The notes under the pieces: generated by a model
Database searches by the model: none
The model's input: only the letters and a program-made list of their open reading frames with translations
Told to the model about the DNA's origin: nothing
Shown here: one piece after another, positions 26,747 through 41,300 of the stretch
Numbering within the stretch: position 1 is the first letter of the stretch
Layout: each line of letters starts with the position of its first letter
Program-made: the position numbers and the translations under genes
Assembly: GCA_973851085.1 (NCBI GenBank)
Contig: OZ316775.1
Location: 3,534,001 to 3,598,000, forward strand
Direction of reading: 5' to 3'
Source of the DNA: Ptychomitrium polyphyllum
Taxonomy: Eukaryota
Length of the DNA stretch: 64,000 bases

Positions 26747-27582
26747 TCGGACTAGCTAACCAACCAATCCTTTCCACCACTCCTCCCAATCAATCCAATA
26801 CAAAAACAAACAAGAAACACTCTACCCCTTCACAATTCCTCACCAAGTAAACCAGCGCTACCAACCAAAACTCAAAAAACGGCAACAATGCCAACTATAC
26901 AAACCACCCCCTCTATCTCCATATCGCCAAGCCTGTAGCTCAACACCGCAGAAAACTCAATAGAATGTCCCGAGATGTGACGGTCCCTACTACACAATCA
27001 ATGGAGCGGCACACGTCAACACGGCAGCGTCCTCGACACGAGGAATTATGAGGCAGGGGTTGGGGCCAGGCAGTGAGAGAGCGCTGGCATCGGAGTGGTG
27101 TCAAGGCCGACCAAGACCCGTTCGTAGTCCACCTGTGTCGTGGATGCTGCACCTGCAGCAGCAAGCGCGCACGCACACCCAGAAATGGCTAAGTTCCCGC
27201 ACTGGCACTGTTGGGCGATAGTCGTGACAGGATATGAATTAGTGATGGGAATCAATTGCAGGCATCCAGGATACGAGCGCTCTTCACATGCATCCCATGC
27301 AAACTCACCAGCAAACAAACAAACGAACGAACGAACGCCACCGGAATGATGATGCTTTTCTAGTTGCTTGAGTAAGTGACACTGTCGAATGCTGATTGAG
27401 AGGATCAATATCAAAAGAGAACTCTCTAGTGCAGTACTAACTGTAATACTACCTGGTGAATGAGTTGAAAGCTGGAACAAGCACTGAGAGGAACGTCGGG
27501 AATAAATAAGCGATGCGAGGGAACAGTACTGCGAGAGCTGGAGTGAGAACTGCGTTTAACGAAGCGAGAGAGGCGGAGACGC

Positions 27583-27589
27583 ATTTATA
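27583..27589 (-). promoter_or_regulatory. Putative TATA box (TATAAAT) of the dioxygenase gene
   Basis: TATAAAT on the minus strand, followed by a CT-rich leader (cgtctccgcctctctcgcttcg) and a donor-like CAG|GTAGTA at 27452, about 840 bp upstream of the ATG and inside a CpG-rich island. Confidence 0.5.
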
Positions 27590-30500
27590 AGACAAGGCGA
27601 TCCGGCGACAACTCAGTGCTCCCCGTCGCCACCACTTCGCCCCCTTTTCGCTTGTTACCACTTTAGCCCACATCGCTGAACTGCCTACTGTCGCTATTTT
27701 ATTATTATTTTTGGGCTTCGGAGCCAAGTCAAAGAGAGGGGCGGGGGGCCCTTGCCTGTTGGGGATGCGTGGTAATAACCTGGGTTGTGTTTTTCCTGGG
27801 TGGGGGAACTTGGTGGCGTGATAAGCTTTGTACATTCCTTAGCAGTTGGGTGGGTCACCCTTGGGGCAGTTGTGTATGTTTTCTTTTAATGAACCACTTT
27901 CTTTTTTCTTTTTTCAGTTGTATCAAATTTGCAACATAAAACTAAAAAACTAGCACTTTAAATCATATGATTTGGACATTGCACGACTAAGTTATAAAAT
28001 TTAGAATTGAAAATTTAGATCTTAACTCATTTGTTTTTGAATCACAAGCAAGCTTAATTGAAGAAAGTTATGGTAACTCATTGGAATAAAATATGTTTTA
28101 GAAGATGTTATCCATTAAACCAATTACTGTTATTGTTGTAAATTCAATATGAATGTGAAATATAAACCAATTCTTCCATTAATTTGAATAGACTCTAACT
28201 TTAATAATCTAATGTTTATTATTACAACAACTATAATTGTTCTTCATTTTTATTCTTGTTTTTATTTTTATAAAAATACGAAATAGGAAGTGGATTCATG
28301 ACAAGGAAGGTGCAAATATACAAGTGAGTTCTTGCCTTTGTGATTTTTGGCACAATTTGTGCAACCAAAAATTTTCTTTCAAATTCCTTTTATACATTAA
28401 ACATATAATACAGTCATATACAATAAGTCTTACCAAAACCTTCTAAGACAACAATTATTTATAGTATTGTATGAAATAAACTTATTACCTTCTTTTGATT
28501 TTACAACCATTATTTTTACTAATTACAAATTTTATACAAATTTATTGGAAATTTTTCTTTTTACATGTAGGTTTTGTATTTTTTACTATTTTAAAAGAAT
28601 TAGGAGACTTAGGAAATAAAATCTTAAACAAACAAAGTGTTAAATATAATATTCATGGTCCTACAAACAAATTTCTATCTCTAAAAGACTATGTGAACAA
28701 GCAAACAACTTTAAAACTACATTTAGAACTAAAATTCCACCTTTTTTTACAAAATCATTTCTAATTTTAAAACTGATTTAGTAATTTGAATGCAAAAAAT
28801 ATTTTGTGATTTAAACATTGTCATGCAGATTCTCCAATATTCAACATATGTGATATAAATTTCAACTTATGATAATATTCTCAACCATCGCCTATTTCCT
28901 TCCAATACTTAGCATATTGTTGATTTGTTTACTTTCAAATAATGAATTGTAATGGTTTTGGGTCTTGCAATTGCTGCTTCTAGGAAAATTCTTGAGGTAA
29001 TGGTTTAAAGACATCCAACCGTATTGGGAGACTGTTTGAGCAATAGCAAAGGAGAATCTGTTCCTTGGAAGCTCTGCAATGTCAACGACAAGGTGACATT
29101 TATCAAGTAGAAAGCATCATTTTGCGTGCTAAGACATGGAAGATCCGACCAGAAGGTGAGAGTTCCACTACTTCATGGCTTGCCGAAAGGTATGCACAGT
29201 TCGGATTTTCAGTTGCTCTTTTGCTTTTCTCATGTTGCATCACTCTTTGTAGCAAGCCCAACTTCTTTCTGTGCTTCAAATTGAATGTGTACCTTAGAGC
29301 TGACTTCCATGTTGCAGGGAAAGTAGGAAATCAGGTGGTGAAATATTATCCTCTTTTGAAAAGCAATGCATTTTTTTGTTGTTTTCCTCTATACGGGAAT
29401 ATAGTGGTTTTGCATTTGGAAGCATTGGAAAAGCTCTCTAAACGGAATTGTGATTATTGCATACTTGAAGATTTTATTGCTACAATTGCACAGTATTCAT
29501 TAAATTTAGCACACCAAGTTACCGAGAAAGCGGTGTTCTATTTAATTTTTATTTATTTACTTATAAGAATTTATCACAATTTTATTTTTTTTAATTGAAC
29601 TAAAACATCATGTTAATGAAGAAGTCATATATGGTAATATTTATAGACTTTTGAAGCTTGTCTTAATATAATTGATTTTATGCCACTTTCAAACCTTAAG
29701 CACATATCATTGTATAATTATAATACAAGGAAACTTTGTATCTTGTATTTCTAAGAAGTATCCATTTAAATAGTGGTATATATCTATCTAAGGCTTCTTC
29801 CTAAGTACTACAATGGATATCAATCAAATTATATATTTGTGTATGTTTATTATATTGGAATGGTATTACATCATCATATTATAATATTGTAAATTTACAA
29901 AAAAAACAAAATTAAGAATAAAAAAATTTGTTCTATAAGATGGATTTTATTTTATGTAAATGTTGTTGATTCATAAAATAAATGTTTCAAAGTTAAACAA
30001 TATATAATGACAACTCGTAAAATTTATATTTATTAGATAAATGAGTGAATAAATAAATAAATAACCAAACAAAAGTGTTGAAAATAAGGTAGTTCTATTG
30101 AAACTTGTTAAAAGAGTAAATAAATCTAATGTTGTCTATTATAGTTGCTTTAGATAGTGTGCCTTTACATATATTTTGTAGATTTTAGTATCTTATTTTA
30201 TTCAAGTTTTTTTGGATTATCTTTTTTAAAAAAAATTGCACCTTATAGGTGTGACTTATTTAGAAAACCATGAAATTAAAAAGGTGAATATGTCTTTAAA
30301 AAAATAAAGTATGGTTTTTTTTTATCAAGTAATTGTTATAATTAAATATCATTTGAATTATTTGAATTTTCTATATCTCTTGTTGTAATGCCATGAGTGT
30401 TACAACTTTTTAATACTAGTATTTATTAATATTCAAAAATGATGAATCGTACTTGACAATGAACTTTCACTTTCCATCCATTGTAGCAAAATATGATGTA

Positions 30501-30664
30501 GTATTCTTGATGAATTTATATAATGTTTAATTATATGATATTTTCTTCACGTTTATATTTACATAGGCTTGTATTTTGCATGTACTTTTTTATGCCTTAG
30601 TCGTTTAAAAGAACTTTTAAACACTATATTAAAAATACAATTTAATATGAATTACACAAAATTG

Positions 30665-30669
<5 letters not shown>

Positions 30670-30725
<56 letters not shown>
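30670..30725. repeat. (AT)n microsatellite
   Basis: About 27 perfect AT units. Confidence 0.97.
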
Positions 30726-30728
<3 letters not shown>

Positions 30729-32340
30729 ATTTTACCAATTATATCTAAAATCCTTTTTATATGGATGGTTAATACATTTGACTTATTAAAGCACTTGTCT
30801 TGCATAAAAAATTATGATTGTTAATTAAAAAATTAATGTAATTAATACCAAGTTACAATTTCAAAGTATAAATGAAATTTGTTAAAATTTTAGATATCTA
30901 TAGAATTTATGTTTTATAAATTAAATTCAACAAATTAATTTGAATTGATTGCATTAGTAGCAAAAGGATAATTTTGGTATAATAGGATCAAATTAAGATT
31001 ATTTTTAATTACACATTATCATTTATGTAGGTCCAAATTAGTAACCGGACATGTAGCATTTCCTTCAAAAACAAAAATATTTTATATCTAATTTATATTT
31101 AAAATTAATTAATTACTTATTTTAGTTTTGTTGCTATGCATTAATATTGTAAACGTTAATGGATTGTAATTGTAATTTCAAGTTCTTAGCAATTTATGCA
31201 AAATTACCTTCTTTCATCCTTATAAATTCTTTCAAATATCCACATATAACATTTTATTATCAAAACAAGTTCAAATGTAAATTGAAGGCCACATATGAGT
31301 CCAATTCATCAATCTTAATTGCAATATATATAATTTTCTTACCCCTTGCATTCTCTATATTTGAATTTAAATTTTCACAATTTAAGGTTACAATGTGTTG
31401 TTCAAACTAGTAATACTATTATGTAAATAAAACAATTGCTGAATTCAAAAGTTCAATTGTCTTTTGAATCTCAAATGCTATATTTATATAGAAAATTCGT
31501 CATTTTTTAAATTAAAATTTACAAGAATAAATTTTCCAAAGTTATATTTTATTGTTTATAAATTTAAATTTTTAAAAAATAAAAGAATTATAATTAATTT
31601 TAAAATGAAATTGATGGAAAATTTATAATAGAATCACTATAATGTAATCACATTACATTGTGATTTTTCAAAAAAATCATTTAATAATGAATTTTTCATT
31701 ATATACTATATTTGCTAAAGACATTGATTTAAAAGACATATCTGTCTTATGATTATCAACATGTTTGGATTGGAATGTCAAGCAATGTTTAGTAGAGATG
31801 ATTTTATATAGTTAATCATTTAAGGAAATGAGGTGAATTTTTAGTCCTAAAAATGTTTTTTTCAAATTTATTCTTTTATAGAAGATAGCATTATTTGCAA
31901 TTTGATTTAATGAAATTAAGAATGCATAGAGACCTTATAAATCTAACTGCAATTTATGTTGTAAAACCCATTTTATTTTATTTTTAAAAACAATAGTGTC
32001 TTGTAAAGCAATGTGCCTAAATCTAACATTTGAAATCCTAAAAAATATTAATTTCCAATATATTTATGATGAATGCATAAACTTTGAATCTGGTTAATAA
32101 TACCTATGAATTGATGTTATTATGATAATTTTTTAACTATCTTTCTATATATTAGTATTTGTTTTGCATTCATAAAGTTCAAATGTATAAAAATTCATAG
32201 GAAATGAAGATATTAAAAGAACTTCTAGTATTCTATAAAAGGCGTGAAACTCAACGTCAAACCCCACAACTCATAAATTTATCTCAAAACTTAATTTTTG
32301 AAAGATTTATGGCCTTATGAAATTTAGAACCAAATTTCAT

Positions 32341-32388
32341 AAGGGTACAAGGGTACAAGGGTATAAGGATATAAGGGTACAAGGATAT
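32341..32388. repeat. 8-bp tandem repeat (AAGGGTAC-like) x6
   Basis: aagggtac aagggtac aagggtat aaggatat aagggtac aaggatat. Confidence 0.85.
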
Positions 32389-35300
32389 AAATAGAACCAC
32401 TATTAAAAGATAAATGTGGCAAAATTACTTTATTATTAGTCAATATTTACATGTTAATATACTTAAGATATGATTAGGAATCTTTATAATTTTCAAAATT
32501 TATTCAATAAAGTTGTCTTTTATTATCTTGTATTTTTTGTATGATTTCATTCATCCAAATATGTGTCTTTTAATTTTTGCAAGAACATTTGATTCATTAA
32601 TGTGGTCTAAAAATTCATTAAACATATTCTGTTTTAAGTTGAAACTATGTTGTTTCAAATCAATAAATTTCAAATCATAGAAATATTTTTGCCAAAATTG
32701 ATATTTTAATAATGAGTTTTCTTTTTTTGGCTTTTTGTGCTAAACAACATGATAAACAATTGGCTTGCATCAAATTTTAAGAAAATTATAAAGGAAAAAA
32801 ATGAATGAAAAACTAGATTCTTCCAAGTATTTTTTTGAAAATAAACAAACTTGTTATTTGAGCATGATATTATGTGGTGTTGTAACTTTGGTATATGTTC
32901 AAAAACTAAAACTAAAATTAACAAAAGCTTACAAATTAAGCCTTTAAGGTTTAATTGATAGCTCTGAAAATTGAATTGTCATGCTTTCATTTGTCAAGAT
33001 GATAATATTGTCACATAAAAGAGTGCCATATTATGGAAATTAGAATCAAAACTTTATTTAGTTAAGAAACAAGTAATCTTTTGAAGTCACAATTGCTTCT
33101 AATTTTGACAATTTGAACAAAATCATTATAAAGTTATTTTGGAAATTTTTTTGGTGATGATGCACAAATAAAAGTTGTCAAATTTGAATGTTACATACCA
33201 TACATACAATAAGATTCTCCAATGCTATCACCAATTGGCAAGAGTTTAAAATGAAACATTGTGATGATTTTGAGTGATTAAAATTTTTAACTTCAGTTTT
33301 GCAAAACAACCATTGAAACAAAGTTCATGAAAATTTTGCTTTATGAAAACTTCATATTCTTTTAAGTTGTAGTTTTAGTAAAACATATATTCCAGTAATA
33401 TCACATCTAACTATTTGATAGAATATCAACCTTGAACTATCTCCAAAAAATGAAATATCTCCAAGGAATGTTTCACTGTAAAAAGACTCATCCAACAAGG
33501 CTTGCTTGCACGTTTAGGGATTAACTTAGGATTTGCCAAAGACATTGGCTTTGCCCTCATCATCTGAAAAAGGCTGCCTGTTCGCCCCCTTGAAGTCTGT
33601 GATGAACTGAAATTGCTCCACTTAGTGTGGAGGGCCTCAATTCTCCATTCTCCTATGCAAGACAGAGTTTGTTTGTCTCCTGTGTGCAGGGCCCAAATGC
33701 AGATGCCACATTGATGCACCTTGGCTTTGGAGCTTGTCTGATAGGACCTGGTCTAAGTTATGGCACACACAATTCTACAGATCTATTAGGTGAACCCAGG
33801 TAAATTGTTCAGACTCTGCCCCCTCATGAATAGGGAATGCAATGCCAATGAAACAAGCGCCCACATTCATTCATTATTTTTTGCGCTTTTGCATTCATGA
33901 AGTATCAAACCTTTCAAAGCTTTTTTTAAAAATATTATTATTATTATTATTATTTTAAAATATTTTTTGTGATATATATATAATTTCTTCTTCTATATGA
34001 TATTATATAACTTTGACAACAAACTTAAGTTCTTTGTAAGCATATGGGTATCTTTACTTCTTCATTTTAATAATCATTTTATTAAATCTCACCATCATAT
34101 TTCAAGTGTAGAAAATCGGTTACAAACAGCATTAATATTTATTTTTTTAAATTAGCACTTTGCATACGTAGTTGAGAATTCCAACAAAATCGGATATTAT
34201 TTGATATTTTTTGAGCTTGCTATGGTGAGGAAATATAAAGAGCCACTAAAAGACTAGAAATCATGTACATCATCGTTAATTGACAAATTCTTGTCACTTC
34301 TGGTCTAGGCTTGGTGAGTGGTAGTAATGGAAAGAAAGGCAATAATACAATAATTTTGGAAAGATAAAACATGATAGACATAACTTGGTGGATATTGGTT
34401 ATTGTATGGACTTTGGATGATTTTGCATCCATTTAGTGGCAATTACTAGTTGTTTGGATAGTTGTTCGGATAGTTGTTTGGATGGTTTTTGAATTGAATT
34501 ATAGGAATTTGAAAAAAATTTGCAAAACATCCATTTGAAATTATACTTTATTAAAAAATAATTCTTAGACATATGTTTGCAATTGTATTGGACTTCAAAT
34601 GTTATTCTCAAATCACTCAATTTAGTCACAATTGAGCTTATTATGACTGCATTTTCACTGAAATTCTGCTACTCATTTTGTTTATAATTTACGTGACACA
34701 AATCCATCGAGCCGGTACAAAGGTTCCTTCGTGAAATCCAACGGCTGGAAGGTTTGTCCTCTTGTTTGCTTGTTTGCTAAAAGTTTCAGCTATGCGGTGT
34801 AGCCAAATTTGTTTTGAATTTAAGAGCATTTTCAACACATACATAATATGTTATTTAGTTTCTTTTTTAATTCACATGGAATCATCACTTGACAATACCA
34901 TTACTAGAAGTACATTGAAAAATCACAAAAAAACAAGCACAAAAGAATTCTAAGTTTAACTATTAGACCTCAGAACTGCATCTCTTACAACCATGTGAAT
35001 GCATGAAAATTTAGGAATTTATCAAATTTTTGAAGTTTAGTGGAGCTAATCCATCAAATCTGAACTTTGCTTAATTTTATTTTTCAATATGCTTCTAGTG
35101 GAGGTGTTTTCAATGTGATTACCAATATGAATTGGCAGTAGGATGAAAAACAATAATAATACAGAGTAACATTCTTTTGTCCCCTTTTCTGTTTTATAGT
35201 TTATCAGGAGCCTTCATATCACCAGTAGTGTGGGATTCAATGTGTATATGTTGTAGCTTTAGATGCAATTTAATTCCCAATGGCCCTTGAGGAAGCTCAG

Positions 35301-38300
35301 TGTTCTAACCTGTGCTTAGTTGTGCATTTGCAGGATCTGCAACTGTGAATCTGGAGTACTTTTTGAGAGCCAAGATGTAAGTACAGTCAACAATTTATGA
35401 CACCTTGGAAACAATTATTTGACCTTGTATACTAAAGTTATTGCACCTTCAAAGCGAGAATTATATGTTTGTAAGTGAAGAGAGTGTATCTACTATCCAG
35501 AAACAGTTGGCTTCTCTGTGAGTACTAGGCGTATAGAGAACCAGGGAACATAGGACAAACAACAATTAAATCCTACACCTACAGTTTGGTGAGGCAGGAC
35601 TTGAACTCTCTATTCAGCCTTGCCATCTCTGCTTAACAAATAGCCTTAATTGTAATTTTAGTATCAAAGAGGCAATGGATTCACAATCAGGTATCTGCAA
35701 GAGTGTGTAGTCTTATGGATTTATTTGGAGAAATTTGAACAAGGCAGTGTAGATAAGTACTCTTTGGATGGGCCTCCATTCTGAAGACAAAGTGGTAAAG
35801 GAAGAGGCTGGCAAGAAAATTGATGAGCAACCTATTATCTATGCAAAAGTTTGCAGTTTGCAATAACAATGACAAGGTGAACGAGGAGGTAGAGGTGGAT
35901 GGGCTTACATATTCGAAGTACAGATATTGTTGCGAATTCTTCACAAAGATTTGTGTGCAGTTTTGGTTTACAAAGAAAGTTTTAGGATTGACATAGTAAT
36001 TTGTTTTGCAACTTTGAACATGCCAACCTCCATGACTCTTGTATATGAACTATTTATTGATCTCTTTTTGTATTTTTGTATTTCCAAAGCCTTAGGAATT
36101 AAGATAGGATTCTTTAGAAGGAACTTTGTTTCTATTCTTGTTTTAATGACAAATTAGTGAACATTTTTGAAGAGTAACAAGTGAAAATGCAATGTAGGGT
36201 TGGTGATTTCATATTTTAGGAATTAATATTGTATATGCTATGAATTTTTAAACAATAATTACATAAAATTCATATTTTTGATCATGATTTATTTCAGAAT
36301 GGAACACAAAGAATTCAATAGGGTTGTCAAAAATTTGTATGTTGCATGACTACGTATTAAAAGAAGAAAGAATTTTATTTGCATCAGATGATCTAATCAA
36401 ATAAATTTTGAATCTAAATGTAATTCATTCAAAGTTCATCAATAGATAAAAATTGGATTTGAAAAAATATTACATGGTTTGATTTTAAATAAGCTACAAA
36501 GTATAGAAATATATGTAAATAATGTATGGGAACGCATCTTTTGGCCTCATTTCTTTACATTCTTTTTGTATAAAATAATGCAATACTTGGTTGCATGTAC
36601 CAATCTATCATCTTGAATTATAATCCCACATTCTTAAAATTCAAAGATATAATAAAGCAATTTGTAAACTAATATATCATTTTGTAAATCAAGGTGTATT
36701 ATGCAAATGAATGTAGACATTTTAATCACAACCATCATAAAAACATCATTATATTTTAGATGGTTTTTTATACTTGCCAAATACAAATATGTCATTGTAA
36801 TGTTTTTTGTAATTTCTTTATAATTTGCATATGTCAACTATTATATCAAATTGATTTTTCAAAAAAGCCATCACCAAGATTTGACTATTTAAATTTATTG
36901 AATTTGTATACTATTGATTGTTTTTTACAAAAAAATCTAATACCAAATATAAAAGTATTAATCATTGCTCACGTGCATTTTTTATTGAAATGTTTCCTTA
37001 TCATATGTTTTTTTGTTTTACTTAGTATTAAAACTTTCATAATGTTTTCAACTTAACCATATGGTTGATTGAAATGAAGTTGTAATAAGGTGATTGTAAA
37101 AAAAACTGTGATTTGATTTTGATTTTGATTTTGATTTTCAATAAATTTTTGCTATATCTATAGTCAAAACTTACACATCCATATAATTTTTGTTATTTGG
37201 TCTAGGTAATAGTTACATGATTAAATACTTTCACAAACCTTCCACTTTGGTTCTTCACTATTTTTATAAATATTCATAAATTTTTTATTTAAATTAATTA
37301 AATTAAAAATCATGAATAATTTAAATAGACTAATATAAAGGCTTAACACCAATTAAAAACCAATATATAAAAAGCCTATAAAAACATTAAAAATCAAAGA
37401 TATGATATTTTTGTTATTTTTTTTTATACTTCTTTGTCTAAGGCCACATTAAAATTGGCTCTTAAATCCAATTTTTTCATATTTTTATGCATAGAATCAA
37501 ATAAACAATGTTGCAATGTCATAAAAGGAAATCAAAATTTATATTAAAACTATATTATATATCTCAATTATTTACATATATTATCAAAAATGATATATTA
37601 TAAAAAATATAAATTTCTTAACTATCAATAATGTTATTTTTAAAATTTAAAATTATATGAATTAAATAATCTTGAAATATGATGAATTTTCTAAAAACAA
37701 ATTTCAACCAATGACTACAAGAGTGAAAATTTTAAGTATACTATTTTTAAATAGATATCTTGATGATGATTATATGCACACATGTATATGGAAATTCAAT
37801 TTTTTAATGATCAATGATAAAACTAGCTTTAATGTTAGAAAATTGTATTTGTATTATTATTAAGGTAAGTTTCTAATGGTCAAGTAATCTAAGGAAATGG
37901 TATGAGAAAAAGTAGATAAGTGCAAAGAAAGCATCAAAGCAATTCTAGACTTGAATCAAAAACTTATAGACAAGAGTGAAGACAAACAACAACTTGATAT
38001 AAAAAGAAAATTTCTATTTCCAAAAAGTTGAAAGTTGAAACATAAAATACACCCATTACCTCAACTTTTTCAATTGAGGGTTTTAGATACAAGTATGAAG
38101 TATTAGATCTTATAATATTGGATCTACATTTGTCTTTTAGATGAACTAATAGTGAACAACACTGACAATTATCATTTGGTAGTGCCTAGTGGAGAACACG
38201 ATAGTTTTAGATAGAAGATCTAGTTGACCAATAAAAATTACTTTAACATTACATTGTAGAAAAGGAGATGAAGTGTTTACACCACCAAAATTCAACATTA

Positions 38301-41300
38301 ACATGCATTAAACATAACATTTTTTAGCAATTGAGGTGGATCACCTTCAAAGTAACAACATCCATAATTATGACTTAAAGGCAATTAGACATAGTTATTA
38401 TTAAAAATATATTTTTTCTTTTAATTGAGTCATATTAAGAAGAAGATTACCACAAATTTTAAAACATTATATTTAGAATGCATATATATAGTCAAATTAA
38501 GAATCCTCAAATTTGGCCTCAATATTCTAGGTTGATTGACAAACTTCCTAAACAATGTTATGAACTTCACATTCAGCAAGTATTTTCTTCATGAAACAAT
38601 GCTCCTCTTGTTAAATCTAATTCTCATGCTCATGCACAGTATGCTATTGCAGTGCAAACTTGAAGAACCCCTTGGTTCGCCTTGGAAAAGTGTACTTGTG
38701 TCTTGCTAATCAGAAGAAGACAAGCTTTTACAAAGCTTTGAGATTGTTTGATAATTTGTGAAGGTACCCTACTGCCACAAGAGTGTCACAAAAAACCAAT
38801 GTAATCTAAAGCATGTGTCTTGTTTATAAATATTTTAAACTAAGGATAATGCATTCAAACTTTGGTAGTATTATTTATTCATTAAGGAAAGATTTGCAAA
38901 ACATGTTTTAGAATTCCATTTTGGCACCAAGGTGAGTAAAAATAAATTTTAACAAATGTTTTGATGAACCAAGAATGAACCTCTTTTTTTGTTAAAGGCC
39001 TCATTTAAGAGCTTCAAATTTTGGACCTCCTTAAAGTTAGTCAAACTTCCTTAAGCTACCTATTGGTTTGCCCTAAGTGTTGCAATCTACTTCAATTGCT
39101 TTTCAAAATTGGATTTCTTTTAAAGCATGTTAAAAACTGTGAAAAAAAATCATTCTAAAAATAAAAAGTGAGTGAATTCTATTATATTAATAAAATCTAT
39201 ATTTAAGAGTATAAATTTCTATTAAAACAAAAAAAAAATTATATTTCCACTTGAGATGTTTTTTTAGACTTTAGCATTATATGAAGTTTTAATATTCAAG
39301 GTCTTTATATTATAAAGGGCTAAAATCATATCTATATTTGAATTAGGTAGAGAGATGAAGTATTTAGAAAGTAGAAATATATGTAAAGATATAGAAACTA
39401 CAAATTTTCTATCTTTAAAAGTGCAAAATTCTAGAATCAAGCAAGAAGAAGTTAAGATTCATGACCTTAATATATGAAAATTTAAAAATATTTTATTATT
39501 TAAAAAAATAAGATTATTGGAAAAATAGTAAAATTTCTTAGAAAACTTATTAATGTTTTCAAAAACTTACAAATTATTTGACTTTTTGAAAGAAATTGTG
39601 TTTAATGTAATTTATAATCAAAAAATATATAGATTTAATATTAATGAATTTCAATAAATAATTTAATTGTTAAAAAATTATTGACACATGGCAAGCGTTT
39701 CATTATTTAGGGTAATTTTTTTTTATGCATATTTATTTTAAAACATTGATTTTTAAAGAAGTTCAAATTTATATTTTTGATCGATTAAATCTCTCTTCTA
39801 AAGACCATGTCTTGCTACCAAAACTCATAAAAACAATGTTATAAATGAATTTTTATATGCAGTGATTCCAAAATAATTTCTACTATGAAATATCAAAGGT
39901 CAATTTTTGGCCAATGATCAACTAAATTTCTAGAGTATATCAATCTTTTGGTTTTAAATAATAGAATGCAGACCACCCAAAGAACAGTAGCTCTCATCTT
40001 TTGAACAAAACTTGTTAAAAATATATTTCCAAGAGCTTCACCATGGTAGTGTATCAACCAATTAATATTTTCTATACAAATATAATTTACCATTCAATGT
40101 TTTAATTTTTTCCTTTACTATATTATATCTGAATAAAACATGTTATAGAATCTTTCATTTTGAAAAAGAAAATTGAATAAAAAATTCCCACAACATTTTT
40201 TAACAAGTTTGTAAATCACTTGAAAATCTTGGAATGGAGCTCCAAAATTCCCAATCTTTAATTTCATAATTTATTCATAGAGGGTCTAAGCAATACGTTT
40301 TAAATTGTGTGGAATTCTTCCCTTCTTATAGATACGATCCAAAATAGTAGTAATGATCATCACAATAGTATTAAAACAGTGATCTACAATGTTCAAGCCA
40401 TTGACTCGAGGCAGTGACTGGCAGAATAAGAAATTTGGATTATTTTAGGGGATGCAGGGACCAAACTACTCCCCTTTGCAGTACGGTAAAATGGAAATGT
40501 GATTATGATAAATTGCAGGAATGTAACTTACACATAGAGCATGTGTCAGAACTAGAAATTATGCAGTGAGGACAGTAATGCTTGATTACACATGAATATG
40601 AATGCCAGGTAGACAATACAGTTGTTCCTTGCCAACATCCCCCTATCAGGCTTTCTCTTTCCCCCAGAATTTTGGAATCTGGTGAGCCTTGAGTCCCATT
40701 ATGATCCTCCAGTTACTGAACCTTGAAGCCCTTTTCAGACCCTTCAAGTGCAGAAGACAGGAACCTGCTGGGTGTCGGTTATCATGCAGGAATAGAGTTT
40801 GATTATGATTTCTTTTTTAGATTTCTCTGTTAGCAGCAGCTTATTGTTGCTCAGAGGCTCTGGTCAGGAAGCATACTCTGTTACCCTCAGTTTGTGCAAA
40901 ACTCCCTTGAGAAGGATTTTGTTAGACAGAATTGGACCACAAATGAACCTAGACTTGAATTCAAAATAAATATTTTCACACAAGGGATTATCTAGTGAGT
41001 GATCAGATCTGGCCTAGGCTCTGGAATGGAATGAGAACTCCAGCTCAATCTGATGAGATCATTGTACAGTCCCTTTCAAATGTCTAGGATCCTGAAGAAT
41101 CTTGTCTGAGTCATGTCCATGTCTGGACTTGAATGAATTCTGCTTGAGTATGCATACAAAACAAATTTAAGAGCTGATATGCATTAAGTTAAAGCAAGAG
41201 TGTGGGGTTGGCAAGGCCAAAGTGTGAGACAATGCTCTTGAATGCATAACTGCAAGGTGCTGGAAGACTATGCAGGGGATAGCAAAAGCTGTTGGACATA

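Noticed and set aside
26027..26759. Long plus-strand ORFs (232 aa, 117 aa) and other ORFs overlapping the dioxygenase
   Set aside because: Antisense or alternative-frame shadows of a GC-rich coding exon, with no recognisable domain.
29065..29598. 177-aa ORF
   Set aside because: TTG start, runs through intron-like (GTGAGA…TTGCAG) and AT-rich sequence, and has no recognisable motif.
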